A stretch of DNA of 64,000 bases, taken from positions 194,060,001 through 194,124,000 of the forward strand of contig OZ024741.1 in the NCBI GenBank assembly GCA_964016885.1, in the 5' to 3' direction. This document shows, piece by piece, positions 39,071 through 52,932 of the stretch. How positions within the stretch are numbered: position 1 is the first letter of the stretch; each line of letters opens with the position of its first letter. The notes beneath the pieces were generated by a model that worked only from the letters and a program-made list of their open reading frames with translations, ran no database searches and was not told the origin of the DNA. Source of the stretch: Eledone cirrhosa (taxonomy: Eukaryota). The translations under genes and the position numbers were made by a program.

Positions 39071-40935
39071 TTAAAATAACAGATTAGGACAATGGGATTG
39101 ATGAGCTAATATCTGTATACAACAACTACAACGGTACGTGATGGGGCCCACCCACAGCCCCGGCGGACAGAATGGAGATGGCGTTTCCCGGAGGACGGCA
39201 AGGGAGACGCGCTGGAAAATCAACTCCAACTCGCGGGGCTCACGCATGCGGCTGGCCAGCTCAGCGTCTATGGTGGTGAGTAAGGAGGTAGCCCTGGGGC
39301 CGAGGACACCAGAAGTCTCCACTGCCAGGGGTAAAACTGCAAATCTGTCGGAGAGCGACCGGTATTTGAGGAGTTTGGCCCCTTCAGCCCGACGTGCAGC
39401 AGAACCTGGGTCAGTCGCAGACTGCACTAGGTTGCGGCTGCAGAAAGTGTCGGTGCAAGTGGCATCCCAGACGAGGAGTTTTCCACCGCGGAACGGGAAG
39501 ATGGTCATGCCATCTGGCCTTTTGCCGTCCCCTCGATCCAGCCCCACCGGCTCGAGCTGGGAAGGGAAGCCTGCAGCGTCCAAGCCATGCTTAATGACTT
39601 CGTTGAGGGCAGTATGGCGTGGAATGTGGCGACAGGAAAGCAGGTGGAGGCCGAAAGAGTCCACGGTGGAACCGCAGCAACATTGGTGTGGCTGGCAGAT
39701 CCGGAGGCTGAGCCTCAGGGAAACGCCGATTTGCAGGCTATGGTTGTCTAGCTGCGTGCCAGTGGAGGAGGGCAGGGCATGGAACCAGGCACCACTGTGG
39801 GGTTTGGAGGCTGCACGAAAACAAGCAAGGCGGTGCTGGCGCGTGAGCCTGTCTGAGGCCAGGCTGCACTGGATGGCATCCCAAGTGTGTTGGGGGGACT
39901 TGACATCAACAGGGGGAGAAAGAGGAGGGACGTCTACTGGGCTAAGTCCCACGTCTGACAAGCGGCCTCACATTCTCTGAACACAGAGGGTTCTGTTGTG
40001 TTTTGAAGAACCCTGCTGACGAGGACGCGCACGAGGTTACCAACGGAAGATACGCCGGCAAAGCTAGTGAGATCGGGGACCGAAGGCCAAGGCCGCCATA
40101 CCTGCCAGGTAAAGTGGCCTGTTGCCACCCTATGTCGTCAAACTTGACGTTGCATATCCCCTTGGCTGCTGCTCGGATACAAGTATCGAGGTCAGCGAGG
40201 AGAGATGTCTCGGTATGGTACGGAGCGCTGCGGTGTGTATAGAGGAGCTTCGGTGGCTGGGTGGCTGTCAATCAAGCCCAGTTGGCTAGTGAGAGTCTGG
40301 AGCTGTTGAAGCCTGGACCTGATGGTAGAGCGGATGACCGGTGGGTGGATCGGTGACCCGAGGATGAGGACATCCTCTTTGGGGGTCACCTGAACCTGGC
40401 GGAGAATGGACCGCACGCCCAAGACGGAGGCTGACATTCACCACCTCGACTTGGCCGAGTTGACCTGGAGGCCGATTCCCGCCAGGGAAGGAACCACCGA
40501 TCGAAGGTCATGGCAGACCGTCCGTACGGGCCCGCCCAATGTAGCATCATCCAGATACCAAACGTTGAGAGGGGCTGTGATACTCCGGGCGATGTGGTCA
40601 ATACTAAGAGCAAACAGGAGGGGTCCCAAAGGGTCACCCTGTTGGACCCCAGTAGCCGAGGGTATGACCGTATCAGCAGCAAGGAGCATGCTCGGGGCTC
40701 CATATGACAGGTAGGCCAGCGGTAGGCAGAGGGGGCTCGGCTGAGGCAGGCCTCGAGCAGATGATCCCGGCGTAAAGAGTTGAAGGCATTCCTCATGTAA
40801 AGCTTGACAATGAGGTGCCTGGAGTCCCTGGATGCCGGTTCCGATGGGCAGCTGTTGAAAAACTGCCTGGTTGCATGAGCGGCTCCCTCACACACCAACA
40901 CCCAGTTGCACCGGACTAAACTCCTCACCCAGTTG
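39071..40935 (-). mobile_element. CRE-like (restriction-like endonuclease) non-LTR retrotransposon, frameshifted and 5'-truncated
   Basis: NAFNSL, GVQQGDPLGPLLFAL, WYLDD (RT), GGLGLRS, a C..C...H..C zinc knuckle, RH..LN, GKRPDG..WDATC..PLAVET (RLE). Markedly GC-rich. Confidence 0.88.
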
Positions 40936-43164
40936 TTAGATGCATATATATATATCTATATCTATATATATATATATATATAACAGCGATGAATTACTTT
41001 TGCAATGATATGAAATCGTGTGTAACATTGAGGACCGAATAAATTAAATTAACCGATATAAAGGACACAAAAGCGAAAACCAACCAAACAGTGAGTGTGT
41101 TCTGTTATTAATTCTGGCAATATTATCACACAAATATGACCCTCCCCAAGTATAACAATATATATGTATATATATATGCATATAGCTGAAATCTTTTGAA
41201 TGTGTGTGTGTCATCATCATCATCATCATCATCAGGTTTAGCGTCCGTGTTCCACGCTTGCATGGGTTTGGACGGGGGTTTTCCCACTTGAGGCAAGAGT
41301 GGTTGTCTTGCTCGCATAGGACTGTCTGGCGGGTTTTCTACAGTTGGATGCCCTTCCTAACACCAACCACATGTACAGTGTGGGGCTGGGAGGTTTTTAC
41401 CGTGTTGCCTACACGGCCACATTACAGTGTGGACTGTCTGGCGGGTTTTCTACAGCTGGATGCCCTTCCTAACACCTGTGTGTATATATATATATTGACA
41501 AGACTAGCATGAAATTCACTGCTAGTACCAGTTGCATCTCAACGTACTCAATAGGTAATGTTATGTAAAATCCCAGATTAGACACATAGTTATACAACAC
41601 ATGTAAATTTTGTCCGTACCTTGCAGTGATAATACTGTTTCTTTTAAATTAAAAATAATAGATACTGATGATACGTTGTTGATTTGTGAAACAAAAGCTA
41701 TACTCTTAAAGCAATTTAAATATCAAAATATTAAAACTTTGTAAATATATTTCTCCACTAATGAGAATTTCAAAACCGTGCCATGTGTGGATTAGCTGCC
41801 TTGGGATATAAATGGGGTTTGGATTTTTGCCCATTGCTCAGAGATAAATAGGGAGAGGGCATCAGTTTATATTCAAGTATATAGGGTAGTTTAAAGTTTG
41901 AGAAATTAGCCTTTTAATTTCCAAGACAAGTGCACATAGTTAGGCAACCTCCTTCAATACATTTAACATGTACACCTTTAGAGGATCTAGAAGGGACAGA
42001 TAACTGAAATTGTAAATGGATTATAAAAAAGAATACCAAGTGGAACTAAGGGATATAATACTGTGACTTGACCAACTGCTTTCTTTTCATTCCAGTCACT
42101 GTTGAGACCTCCTGCGTCTTTGTTTCCGAACTGACATTTTCCTCCACAAAATTAAGACTGCATCCCGCCTGTGGAAAGAACCCCTTTGGTGGAGTGGCTG
42201 ATGCAGTGAGTGTCACTGGCTGTTCTCCACAGCAATTCTTTAGCCATCTTCTCTTTGGAGCGTAAAGTCTTTCCCTCCCTTCTCTTCCCCTTATTTTCAT
42301 TATTTAATCTTTTTTTTTGTTGTTCTTGTTTATTATATGAAATATTTATGTAAATAAAATATTGTCCTTTTGAAAAAAATAATTGGTGTAAATTGGTAGG
42401 CCAAAAAAACACCTATAAAATGAGGTATTTAGTATGAATGATTTAGCCATCTTGATTCAACTGCCTATGTTTCATTTAATTTTCAATATAATCAAGATTT
42501 TCCAAAGGTTTAGTAAAATATGTAACTTTATACATTGGTATATATCTATCAATCAATTAAAATCTTGTGTATCATCATTCACATAATGAAATTTTGATAC
42601 CTAGCTCTATTTGTTCTAACTCTCTGAGTTCAAATCCTGCCACACTTAACATACTTTCAGAGTCAATAAGGAATTAATCCAGGGTTAGGGTTAGGGTGGA
42701 ATTATTTGAGCATTGGATAGGATACCTTGTAATTACAATATGTTCTAGTGTTGTCCCTTCTGAGTTCAAATCCTGCCTCCTGTCACCAGAAAAAGGGAAA
42801 CATGATAGGACTAGGGCCCATATCATTAAAACATCTGAGAAACCTACTTTATGATGCAACCTCATAGGAAACCAGCTAAACATGTGCAGGTGTGAATGGT
42901 AACAACTTTAATGAAGGTATGCCAGTACTGAAAAACCTAAAGTTGATCAAAATTTGAAACATAGTAAAAAATTTCCTATTTAATATTGATTTCTGACTTA
43001 GGCAAAAGGTTTTGAATTAAGGGGAAGGGTATATTTGCCTAGTACTTTATTTTATCAACACTGGAAAGAAAAACAAAATTGATATTAGCAGGATATCAAC
43101 TCAGAACTTAAAATGCCTTCTTAACTAAACACAAAGTATTTTGTCCCAACTCTTTGAAGATTCT

Positions 43165-43720
43165 GTCAATAGATTAGTAAGCAAGAAAGAAAACAAGACC
43201 CTGTTACCATGAGGGAAATGGCTGTGCCATATATGCAGAAAGGGGTAGGCAGAAATGCTATACAATGTAAATTATAGATGCATAAGAGGTTTAGTGGAAT
43301 CACATGTAGACTGACAGAAAAGGTAGACTTCATATGTAGCAGATTGCACAAAATTAGTTAAAAAGACAAATACATGCAAAACAAATTGCCTCAAATGTTT
43401 GGAAGGCACACGAGTAGCAGTTAATTGCTTCTGCTACTAAAGTGACCTAATTAGCAGTGGATGTACCAATAACATAGTAGTTTGAATTAGAATGAGGTAG
43501 AAAGAGTTCAGAGCTATTATTTTTGCTGGCAACAAAGGGTTTTTCTGAATGAAGAAAAGATTAAATAGTGCTTGTGTACAAAGTACAAATCTGCATGGTA
43601 GCAAGATATAGACTTTGAATGCAGAAAATTTGTGATGGCTGAAGAAAACAATGAAGCACAAATCATTTGAAAGAAATCACATGTGCAAGAGAAAAGACTG
43701 CACCGATACAAAATCTCTAG
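43165..43720 (+). mobile_element. Decayed RTE LINE fragment
   Basis: GKWLCHICRKGVGRNAIQC-like region and the downstream segment match 37500-38150. Confidence 0.7.
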
Positions 43721-45539
43721 GAAGTGGTATAAAATAGTTGTTTCTACTTTTGGCACAAGGCCAGCAATTACCCAGTGCATTACTGGTACTTTATTTTATC
43801 GACCCCGTAAGGATGAAAGGCAAAGTCAACCTCGGCGGGATTGGTATAAAATAGTGAAGACTGATAACCCAACCAAGAAGCTGAACTTCATGAAGTAGAT
43901 ATAAAAGAACTATAATGATTTGATTGAGAACACCAGTGTTGCTCATTGTTGAAAGCCTCGTAAAAACAATCATTAAAATAATAGTAATACTGATGAAGGT
44001 TGGGATATTTATCACTGGGTCTTTTTGCTACCGTCACCTCTTCATTACACTACATTGCTTTGTGTAAAATTCTACCGTCACCTCTTCACTACACTACATT
44101 GCCTTGTGTAAAATTCAATCATTCCACCATCATCCATTATTACTCCCATCTATACCCAATCACTGCCTCTCCTCTCTTCCATCACAATGCCTATATAACA
44201 AGGAATGGCATTGGGGATAATCTGCAGCCACTGTAATTCTATATTATTCCATGTGATTAGCTAAAGTAGAACAGTGTTGATATGGAGTTTAATTTCACTT
44301 GGGTTCAAATGAAAAGGAAACAATCGATCTGTTGAAAATTTCCAGACAATAATAATGGTTTCTAATTTTGGCAGAAGCCCAGCAATTTAGAGATTACTAT
44401 CAACATCAAATGGAAAAGTTGACAATCTTAACTATAATAAAGAAAGGAGTGCGAGATTGTGTCCAGAATATATTTTTTTACCCCGTTTGTAAAATAAGTT
44501 GGATTACTTTGAATAAATAATGAATATTACATAATTTATGTGCTAAATTTTGTGGCTGTTGATTAAATATATTTTATAGCTTATTTAAAGACCTTTAAAA
44601 TTCACTTCTTTAAAATTTTTAAATGTCAACACTTCCGGTTAGCAGCCGTTATATTATAACACTTATAAAAATATCGCATATATTTCCGTCGCTAATTTTC
44701 TCCTAATGCAGTTTATATATAATATCGTCTTTTTTTAAATGTATTATGGATTACATTATTGATTACAGAAGACAGTGTAACATAGATAACATAGACTTCG
44801 TTCAATTTCTGTGTATATTGTCAATTAAGATTTTATTTGATGTATCATATCTACATGCATATATATTTGTGTATAATATCAATATACACCCTACACAAGC
44901 TAGCAGAAAACCACTCGTAGGGTGGTTTTTCTGCTAGTCTTTATAATAACTGTACAGCATTTTTTGTCCATCACTCATCTGTCCTGCAACAATCTTTCAA
45001 AAACATTCCAAATTTTTTATTTATAACCCATGGAACACAAAAGATGCTAAAAAATAAGGGAACATATATTCTAAGATGCATTTATTCATCCTAGAAATCA
45101 GTGTTCTGTGCCAATGGTGTTGTCCAACTACCAGTGTGTGTGTAGAGAGAGAGAGAGCGTCTGATAGCAGAATATAGTTAAGGCCCTTTACATTCTGAGT
45201 TCAAATCCTAGAGGTTAGCTTTGTCTTTCATCCTTATGGGGTCGATAAAGTAACAGTAATGTACTGGAGTCGATGTAATCAACTTTCCCCTACCTTCAAA
45301 TTGCTGGATGTGTCAAATGTAGAAACAGATATTATAACAATTGACTAATTTTCTGTATACTAAAATTTTGTTTCATTGCATCTACAATACACATACACAC
45401 AGTATCAAGCTAACAAAATTGCTAAAAATGTTTTCATTCATGCCATAAGTCAGCATTCTCTGCCAAAGTGTTATCAGTCCCTCTCTATTTGTGTGAGTGT
45501 GTATAAGCATTAATTGAAAAGGTTTGAAACGATTAGTGT

Positions 45540-45816
45540 ATATGAATTTTCATAAAATTGTAGTCTTCTCAGCACTAAGGATAGCTGTAAACAGCTGAAA
45601 ACTATATAACCACATATTAACGGAGAACAGGAGAGAAAGAGAGTCTAAAGTATGAGATGAAAAATACCCCTCATTTCTCATCTCATTCTTTAGACTCCAG
45701 CTCACCATTCAATATGTGGCTATATCTTTACCCACCTTTTTACTATACATATAGTTTTCAGTTGTTTACAGCTATCCTTAGCGCTGAGAAAACTACAATT
45801 TTATGAAAGTTCATAT
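45540..45816. mobile_element. Fold-back MITE with ~65-bp TIRs
   Basis: ATGAATTTTCATAAAATTGTAG..GATAGCTGTAAACAGCTGAAAACTATA is mirrored at 45751-45816. The inner arms GAGTCTAAAG..TGAGATGA/TCATCTCA..CTTTAGACTC also pair. Confidence 0.85.
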
Positions 45817-46917
45817 GTATATATATATATATAAAAGATGAGTTACAATATTTGTGTGTATTAACATCAAAGCCTCCAATTAGAATGGCCATATTAGTGA
45901 GGTATTGGTCACATGCTTAGCAGTGGTTATAAAGGATATGTGAAACCAATTATAATTGCCACGCTTCAAACTTTGAGAAATGTTTTTCCTACCATTCCTA
46001 TGACCTTTCACAACCTCTGCTAAGCACGTGACCAATATGCCACTCATATGACCATTCTGATATGAAGGCTTCAAAATGTTAATACACATGGATTTCAGAA
46101 TGTTACTGCACCAAACTAGGGTACAGCTGTTTTCAATATAACATATATATTATGCATGTATACAATCCACAACCATAGCTTTGTTAAAGTTCAGACCCCT
46201 ATACATAGCTGGTATTGTCAGATATATCAGAACACGAGTACACAACTGGTATTGTCAGTTATATCAGAACATTAGTACATAACTGGTATTGTAAAATATA
46301 TTAGTACATAACTGGTACTGTGGTGCATGTTAGAGAGAAAAGGAGGAAAACAGATCAAGTATATGCATGTACATAGGTGTATGTCCCACTGCATAGCATC
46401 TTGAGCAAATATTCTTAACCATAAACTGAGGTTGACCGAAGCCTTGTGAGTGAAGTTTAGATGGAAACTCTTTGGAAGCCTGTCTGATGGACTGTACCTA
46501 TAATTCAAAGGACAACATTGCCACACAGTGTATTGTACTGAATCTCTCCTAGAATTAGCTTAAACTCAGCATCAAAACTGACAGAAGTACATTCCAATAT
46601 GTACATATGTATGTATATGTGTATATATATATATATATAGTGAAAAATGGAACGGGAACAAAAGAGAGAGGCAGTACGAACAAAGGTTTATTATATATAT
46701 ATATATATATCTGTAAATACATATATATATATATATATATATGTAAATACACTGTAAATGTGGTTGGTGTTAGGAAGGGCATCCAACTGTAGAAAACCTG
46801 CCAGACAGTCCTATGCGAGCAAGACAATCACTCTTGCCTCAAGTGGGAAAACCCCCGTCCAAACCCATGCAAGCGTGGAACACGGACGTTAAACGTTGAT
46901 GATGATGATATATCATC

Positions 46918-47247
46918 ATCATTTTACGTCCACTTTTCCTTGCTTGCAAGGGTGGGACGGGAACTGATTCTGGCTTGATTTCTACAGCTGGATGCCCTTC
47001 CTAACACCAACCTCATTTACAGTGAGTGCTGGGTGCTTTTTTTTCCGTGCCACCTCCACGACCACTTTGCAGTGGAATGATAGAGACCTCAGTCCCTATC
47101 ATCCCATTTCTACAGCTGAGTAAACTGGAGCAATGAGAAATAAAGTAAGTATCTTGCTCAAGGAAACAACACATCACCCGGTCTGAGAATTGAACTCACA
47201 ACCTTTCGATTGCAAGGCCAATGCTCTAACCACTAAGCCATGTGCCT

Positions 47248-47250
<3 letters not shown>
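46918..47250 (-). mobile_element. Composite SINE/LINE-tail repeat (copy of 33646-33972)
   Basis: Near identity to 33646-33972. Confidence 0.8.
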
Positions 47251-47283
<33 letters not shown>

Positions 47284-48142
47284 AATGAATCAAGAATAAT
47301 GTGGATCGGCTGTACAATAGGGTTTATTCAAAGTATTAATTGTTTCATTAATGCGGTGTGTCTAAAAATCACTGTTCGTAAGATACGTCGCTCGATTTTA
47401 ATTACATTTGATACCAAACCAAATCTTCAGAATAATCGGTGTACATGATACAGTGCACTAGTATTATAGATACATGAAAAATAACAAGGATAAAAGCAAT
47501 AATAATAAGAAGGAAGGAGAGGTGAGGAGGGGATACTGGGACCGGGTGTCAAAACATAGTAATAATAACATGGTAAAAAAAGAAAAGTGGTATGAAAAGA
47601 TGATACGATAAGGAAGATAATATAAAAAAGTTAAGGTAACTTGACGATGGAATAAAATGGGATGAGATGAAACGAAAGGATAATGGCGACAGTCAAATAG
47701 AGTGGGGTGCTATTTATTATTATCACTCCAAGAACTGCTTACCTAGGAACTGTCTTGAATCGGCCACCCTACTAAGGAAACTTCTTGTTGAGTCAAACAA
47801 CGCTGAAAGTTAAAACTATCCTCAATACAGAGTATTCATAACTGTTACTTGAATTACCTGAAATGATATCTCGTTTTATATATATATAAATAAATAAACT
47901 TCTTGCAGTTGTGACCAGCCACCATTGTTTTGTATATTCATGACTAGGGTGTTCACTGTATCTAACCTTTTATAAAATGTGTGTGGGAGAGAGGCTTGAA
48001 GATTTGACCACTACATCTTTCTAGCAGGTTCAATTACCTGGTTTTCTCATAGAAATATTAACTTTACTGCCAAAAACCAGTTTCGAGGGGGGGGGGGGGG
48101 CATTTTAAAATTATAATACATATAAATATGCATATATATATA

Positions 48143-49282
48143 TATTGGATTGTACAGAAAGTTGCTACCATTTAAAAAAAAAATAAAAAAAAGATATTTT
48201 GGTAGTTTTCTGGAAATGTTTAAAGCTATTGGTATGCACTATGTGCATTTCTAATTTTCTATTACGCTATCAAAGAGGAAGCAACAGGGATCTATCCAAA
48301 TCATTTGTTCGTGACTGTTATTTTATGACTTAAAATCTGGCTTAAGTGCAACAGCAAACATCGAGTCGTCGCGTTAACAATGCATTTGGGTCACACACCA
48401 TGTCTGAATGCAGTGCCAGGGACTTGTTCACATGCTTCTGTTCCTGTGATTACAGCCATGAAGATCGACCTCGTGTAGGACATCCATCTGACTTTAATGA
48501 CAAGCAACTGCATGAGCTGGTGGAAGCTAATCCATGCCAGACATCACATCAACTCTCTGAAGTGCTTGGGGCATCGAAAACAACCATTCTCAATCACTTG
48601 CATGCAATTGGGAAGGTGTCCCAAGCTGTTCCAATGGGTGCCCGTAATCATGAATGTCGGGTAGCAACTGCGACTTCTCTGCTCTTCTACCATCACACAA
48701 GCAACTGGTTATGTTCCATTGTCATTGGTGATGAAAAATGATGTCTCTACATTAATGTTAAGTGCAAGCCAATTGTGGATTGATAAAGAAAGTGTGCCAC
48801 AATGGCAAATAAAGGCTAGTCTCCATCCTCGCAAAGCCCTACTGCTCCCACCAAACACCAGCATAACCTCTGATGTCTATTGCCAACAACTTGACAGATT
48901 AGCAAGGAAAATCGCACAGGTGCACCCACACCATGATCCTATTTGATTTCTTCATAATGCTCAGCTACATACATCAACAATGACCTGTGAGAAGCTGCTG
49001 GAGCTAGGTTCAGAGGTTCTACCTCATCCACCGTATTTGCCCAATCTTATGCCTACAGACTATCACCTTTTTCTCTCAATGAGCAATGCAATCAAAGACA
49101 TTCACTAATGAAAACACTTTAAATCAGTGGCTGACGAAATTTTTTACATTGAAACCATAAGAATTCTACAGGGATGGAAACATGTGCCTTCCTCAACAAT
49201 GGCTGATGGTGGCAACTATTTGGATTTGTAAAATTTTCCTAAAATTTAAAAAAATGGCAAGAACTTTTTGTCCAACCTACTA
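48143..49282 (+). mobile_element. mariner-like transposon, degenerate transposase
   Basis: TA-flanked imperfect TIRs (TATTGGATTGTACAGAAAGTT / rc TAGTAGGTTGGACAAAAAGTT). Motifs EDRPRVGHP, IVIGDEK, YCQQLDRL, HPPYLPNLMPTDYHLF. Confidence 0.9.
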
Positions 49283-50319
49283 TATATATACAAACACACA
49301 CACATATATTTTCCATTTGTCAAATTCTACTCACAAAGCTATGGTCGACCTGAGGTCATGCTGAATGACACTTGCCCAAGATGCCATGCAGTGGGATGTA
49401 AACATGCATACATACATGGACTAAAAGTTGCTGCATTCGACACTTGCTTTGCTCCTTCTTTCATCAGCTTCCTAATATGTTATGTTCACTAATTACTTCC
49501 TTTTATAATATGGGGGAAGGGGTGTTGAACTGGCCACGATATAATACTAACTCAACCGTCTAAGACCAGTTTCGAGAGGAGTGACTGCAATTGTTTATAA
49601 CCACACACAAAATGAAAAATTGGGGGAGGGGACAGTCAATATTGTATTTGATCAACTCCAAAAAGATGACATCGACAGGATCTGAATTTACAATGTAAAG
49701 AACCAGAACAAATATATGGCATTTTGCCCAACATTAACGATTCTGCCAATCCACTAATCGAGGATGTCTAACATCGACACAAACCAACACACACTGGAAC
49801 TGATTGAAACCAGAGTATGCCACAGGTACTTTATTAGATAAACTTTAGTACATGACGAGCGCTTTCTTAGAATACTTTATTAGATCAACCCTAGTGTTTG
49901 ACTGGTATTTTATTAAATAAGCCGCTATTATTTAACTAGTACTCCACCCCTACTCATCCCAAGTAACTGACTGGTACTATAGTTTATCCATCGGGGAAGA
50001 ATGACAAAAAAATCTAAGCAAGGTTAAAATTCTGAAAACAAAGGAACTATGATGATGATTTGTGCAATTGTGTAGACAAGCTAATTAAATTCCCATTTAT
50101 ATATGAATGCTAATTCTAAAACAAACCTAATAGTCTTCAAGAGATTAAATGAACAGTAAATGAAAGGGGGAGGTCTGTATGTTTACGTTGTATTGTTTAA
50201 TATTAAGGTTAATACAATACAACATATGTGTTCTTGCGTATATATAATCAATTAAAGCCAATTACAAAAGGTTAATGCTATTAATTTATCGAAAATATAT
50301 ATATTTAAGGGAAAATAAT

Positions 50320-50352
<33 letters not shown>

Positions 50353-51070
50353 GCATATAACGAAAACGATGAATGATTATATATAGCCGTATACATACAG
50401 ACCAAGTATTTTATGTATTTGTGGACAACAGTTTAATATGGAGGTTTATATATTTCAACTAATTTTATCTGCGAATAAAATATGGTGAGTCATATGATGA
50501 ACGACCAAAGCTACCACTACCACGGCACTAAAACCACACTCCTGTACAACACTAACAACAGTATAATATATACATGTCATCCCTTAAACCTATCCGATCT
50601 TCTTTATCAGCATCCAAAGTAGTCGGGATATCAAAGTTATATCCACACAAGAGAGGATGCTAAATCAGTCCGTTGGTGTAGTAGACACATTACTAAATAA
50701 GAAATAATAATAATATATAATTGAAACTGAGTGTTCTAGAAAATCGACAATCAGCTGCTGGAATCTCCATGTGGATGGAAATGAATACATTTTTCGGAAA
50801 ACGGAGATAAGACATACAGGGAAAAACGTAAAACAATGAAGAGAGCGTGTAAGAGAGCTAATGTTATATCGAACTACAAGATGCTACTTGGAAAATGATC
50901 ATAATTCCAATACTATTTCCTCATTTATTCGAATATATATAAATACACACATACACACGTGTGTGTATGTCATAATTATACTAGCTATATTCCCAGCTTT
51001 ATTTTCTGTAACGCCCAAATACATTTAGGGATCTCATTTTTAATTTCGCTATATGGCGTGTTTACAGTTG

Positions 51071-51134
<64 letters not shown>

Positions 51135-51266
51135 GAGAGAGAGATTTTCTAAAATACAAGTTTAAACAGCAACATAAATAATTCACCACAGACTAGTGTT
51201 GCTATGACTAGGAGAGACTGTGTGTATAGAGATTCTTATGTATATATGTGTGTCTATTGGGAGGAG

Positions 51267-51338
<72 letters not shown>

Positions 51339-51520
51339 GAGAAAATAACTATGTATATATTTGAGCAGATAAGTGCCGCAAATAATGACAACAGTTTCAG
51401 TGAAAAATATGTCAGAATTGCCTTTAGTGACATAAATAATAAATAATTAAGCGCACAGAGCTAGAGAACACGACTGAATAGAGAAAACATATATGTGTAT
51501 GTATACACACACACACACAT

Positions 51521-51553
<33 letters not shown>

Positions 51554-51697
51554 TATATAATCTTAATGCAGTCACATAAATATATGCCTGTCGGAAGACA
51601 GATACGGACATTTCACAAATATATTCAATTTTTGTTTAATGTTCTCTCTTCTACCCCTTCTATTATCTAGACGTATACATACACCCATACATATATA

Positions 51698-51728
<31 letters not shown>

Positions 51729-52285
51729 ACACACGCACATATATATATATATATATAATTGGTAGGAGATATTCGTATAGTAGTAATATGTAGAAGAGCC
51801 ATGCTGTTCACTCACTCGGTCAACGGCCATCTTGATTGAACAGACACATGCATACATATGGATAGACATTTTATATCATATATCATATATATATATAAAT
51901 ACACATACATAGAGAGACATATGCATTATATATACACATAAATGTATTCATGAGACATACAAACATATACATAGATAAATTATAGACAAACATTCATAGA
52001 CACATGCATACATTCAGACACGTGCATACATATAGACAGTTATATATCTTGTGTATGGAAGACAGTCGGATTACATCCAACCAAATCTCATATTATATAT
52101 TCATACATATATGTATACATATGTGGTGGATATATAATATATGCGTGTATACTGATAACACTACACTATGTGTGGAATTTATAGTTTTAAAAATATTCCT
52201 AAAAGATATAAAAGCTGTTCGATTTCAGTGCTGTCTGCCATATATATATATAAATGAAAATAGAGAAATTAATGTGAGCAAGAAG

Positions 52286-52339
<54 letters not shown>

Positions 52340-52494
52340 TACATACGAGAAAGAGAGTATAATAGAGTAAGATAAGCAGAATGGAAAGAGATATTTAAAA
52401 GAAATTATTTAATTAAACAAATAATACTAGGAGAGATGATGAAATTAATTTCTCATGTCAAAAACTATATGGACAAATGTATGTATATCAATAT

Positions 52495-52775
52495 CTAGTG
52501 AAATATTAAATGCAGACGTTACGGGACAGGATTAGGTGAAATATGAGATATTAAGGGACAAAAATAAGATGAAATGTGGGGTAAAATGAGGTGAAATGTC
52601 GGACACTGAGAGATCAAATTATGTGAAATGTGAGACAAGATGGAATGAAAGGGACATTTAGGGGCAAACTGGGTGAAATGTGAGACATTTGGGAATTTTA
52701 AGGTACAAATTGAGGTGAAATGTGGGAGAGGATGAAGTGAAATATGGGAATATTTCAACTAGACTATAATAGAAG
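52495..52775. repeat. TGAAATGTG-rich degenerate tandem repeat, possibly a Helentron-like insertion
   Basis: Many GTGAAATGTG-like units lie just downstream (in transcript direction) of the Caprin exon 1 donor. Confidence 0.5.
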
Positions 52776-52821
52776 GAATGGAACACAAAATAAACATTTT
52801 CTTATTTTTATCCCTACTCAC

Positions 52822-52932
52822 TTTACGTTTTTCCAGATTACGGACTTTCTTCTCGACTAAGCTAAGAGCTTGTCTGAGAGGGTCTTGGACCTCATTAGAG
52901 GTCTCAGTTTTTGGTTTAGTAGAGGAAGGCAT
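52822..52932 (-). CDS. CAPRIN1: Caprin first coding exon (MPSSTKPKTETSNEVQDPLRQALSLVEKKVRNLEKRK)
   Basis: ATG in GGAAAATGC context and donor AAA|GTGAGT; 111 nt. It matches the Caprin-1 N-terminus MPS...MKQILGVIDKKLRNLEKKK. Not in the ORF track because it is too short. Confidence 0.93.

Noticed and set aside
39138-39980. 280-aa plus-strand ORF
   Set aside because: Antisense shadow of the GC-rich CRE-like ORF.
41620-41640. ETVLSLQ|GT segment resembling Caprin KTVLELQ
   Set aside because: Upstream in-frame sequence shows no Caprin similarity and the acceptor is weak.
41660-41705. CTGATGA...GAAAC hammerhead-like core
   Set aside because: Stems I-III cannot be formed convincingly.
47723-47860. 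Minus-strand segment bounded by good splice signals
   Set aside because: It contains a stop in the frame required after Caprin exon 1 and shares sequence with a dispersed repeat near 59375-59404.
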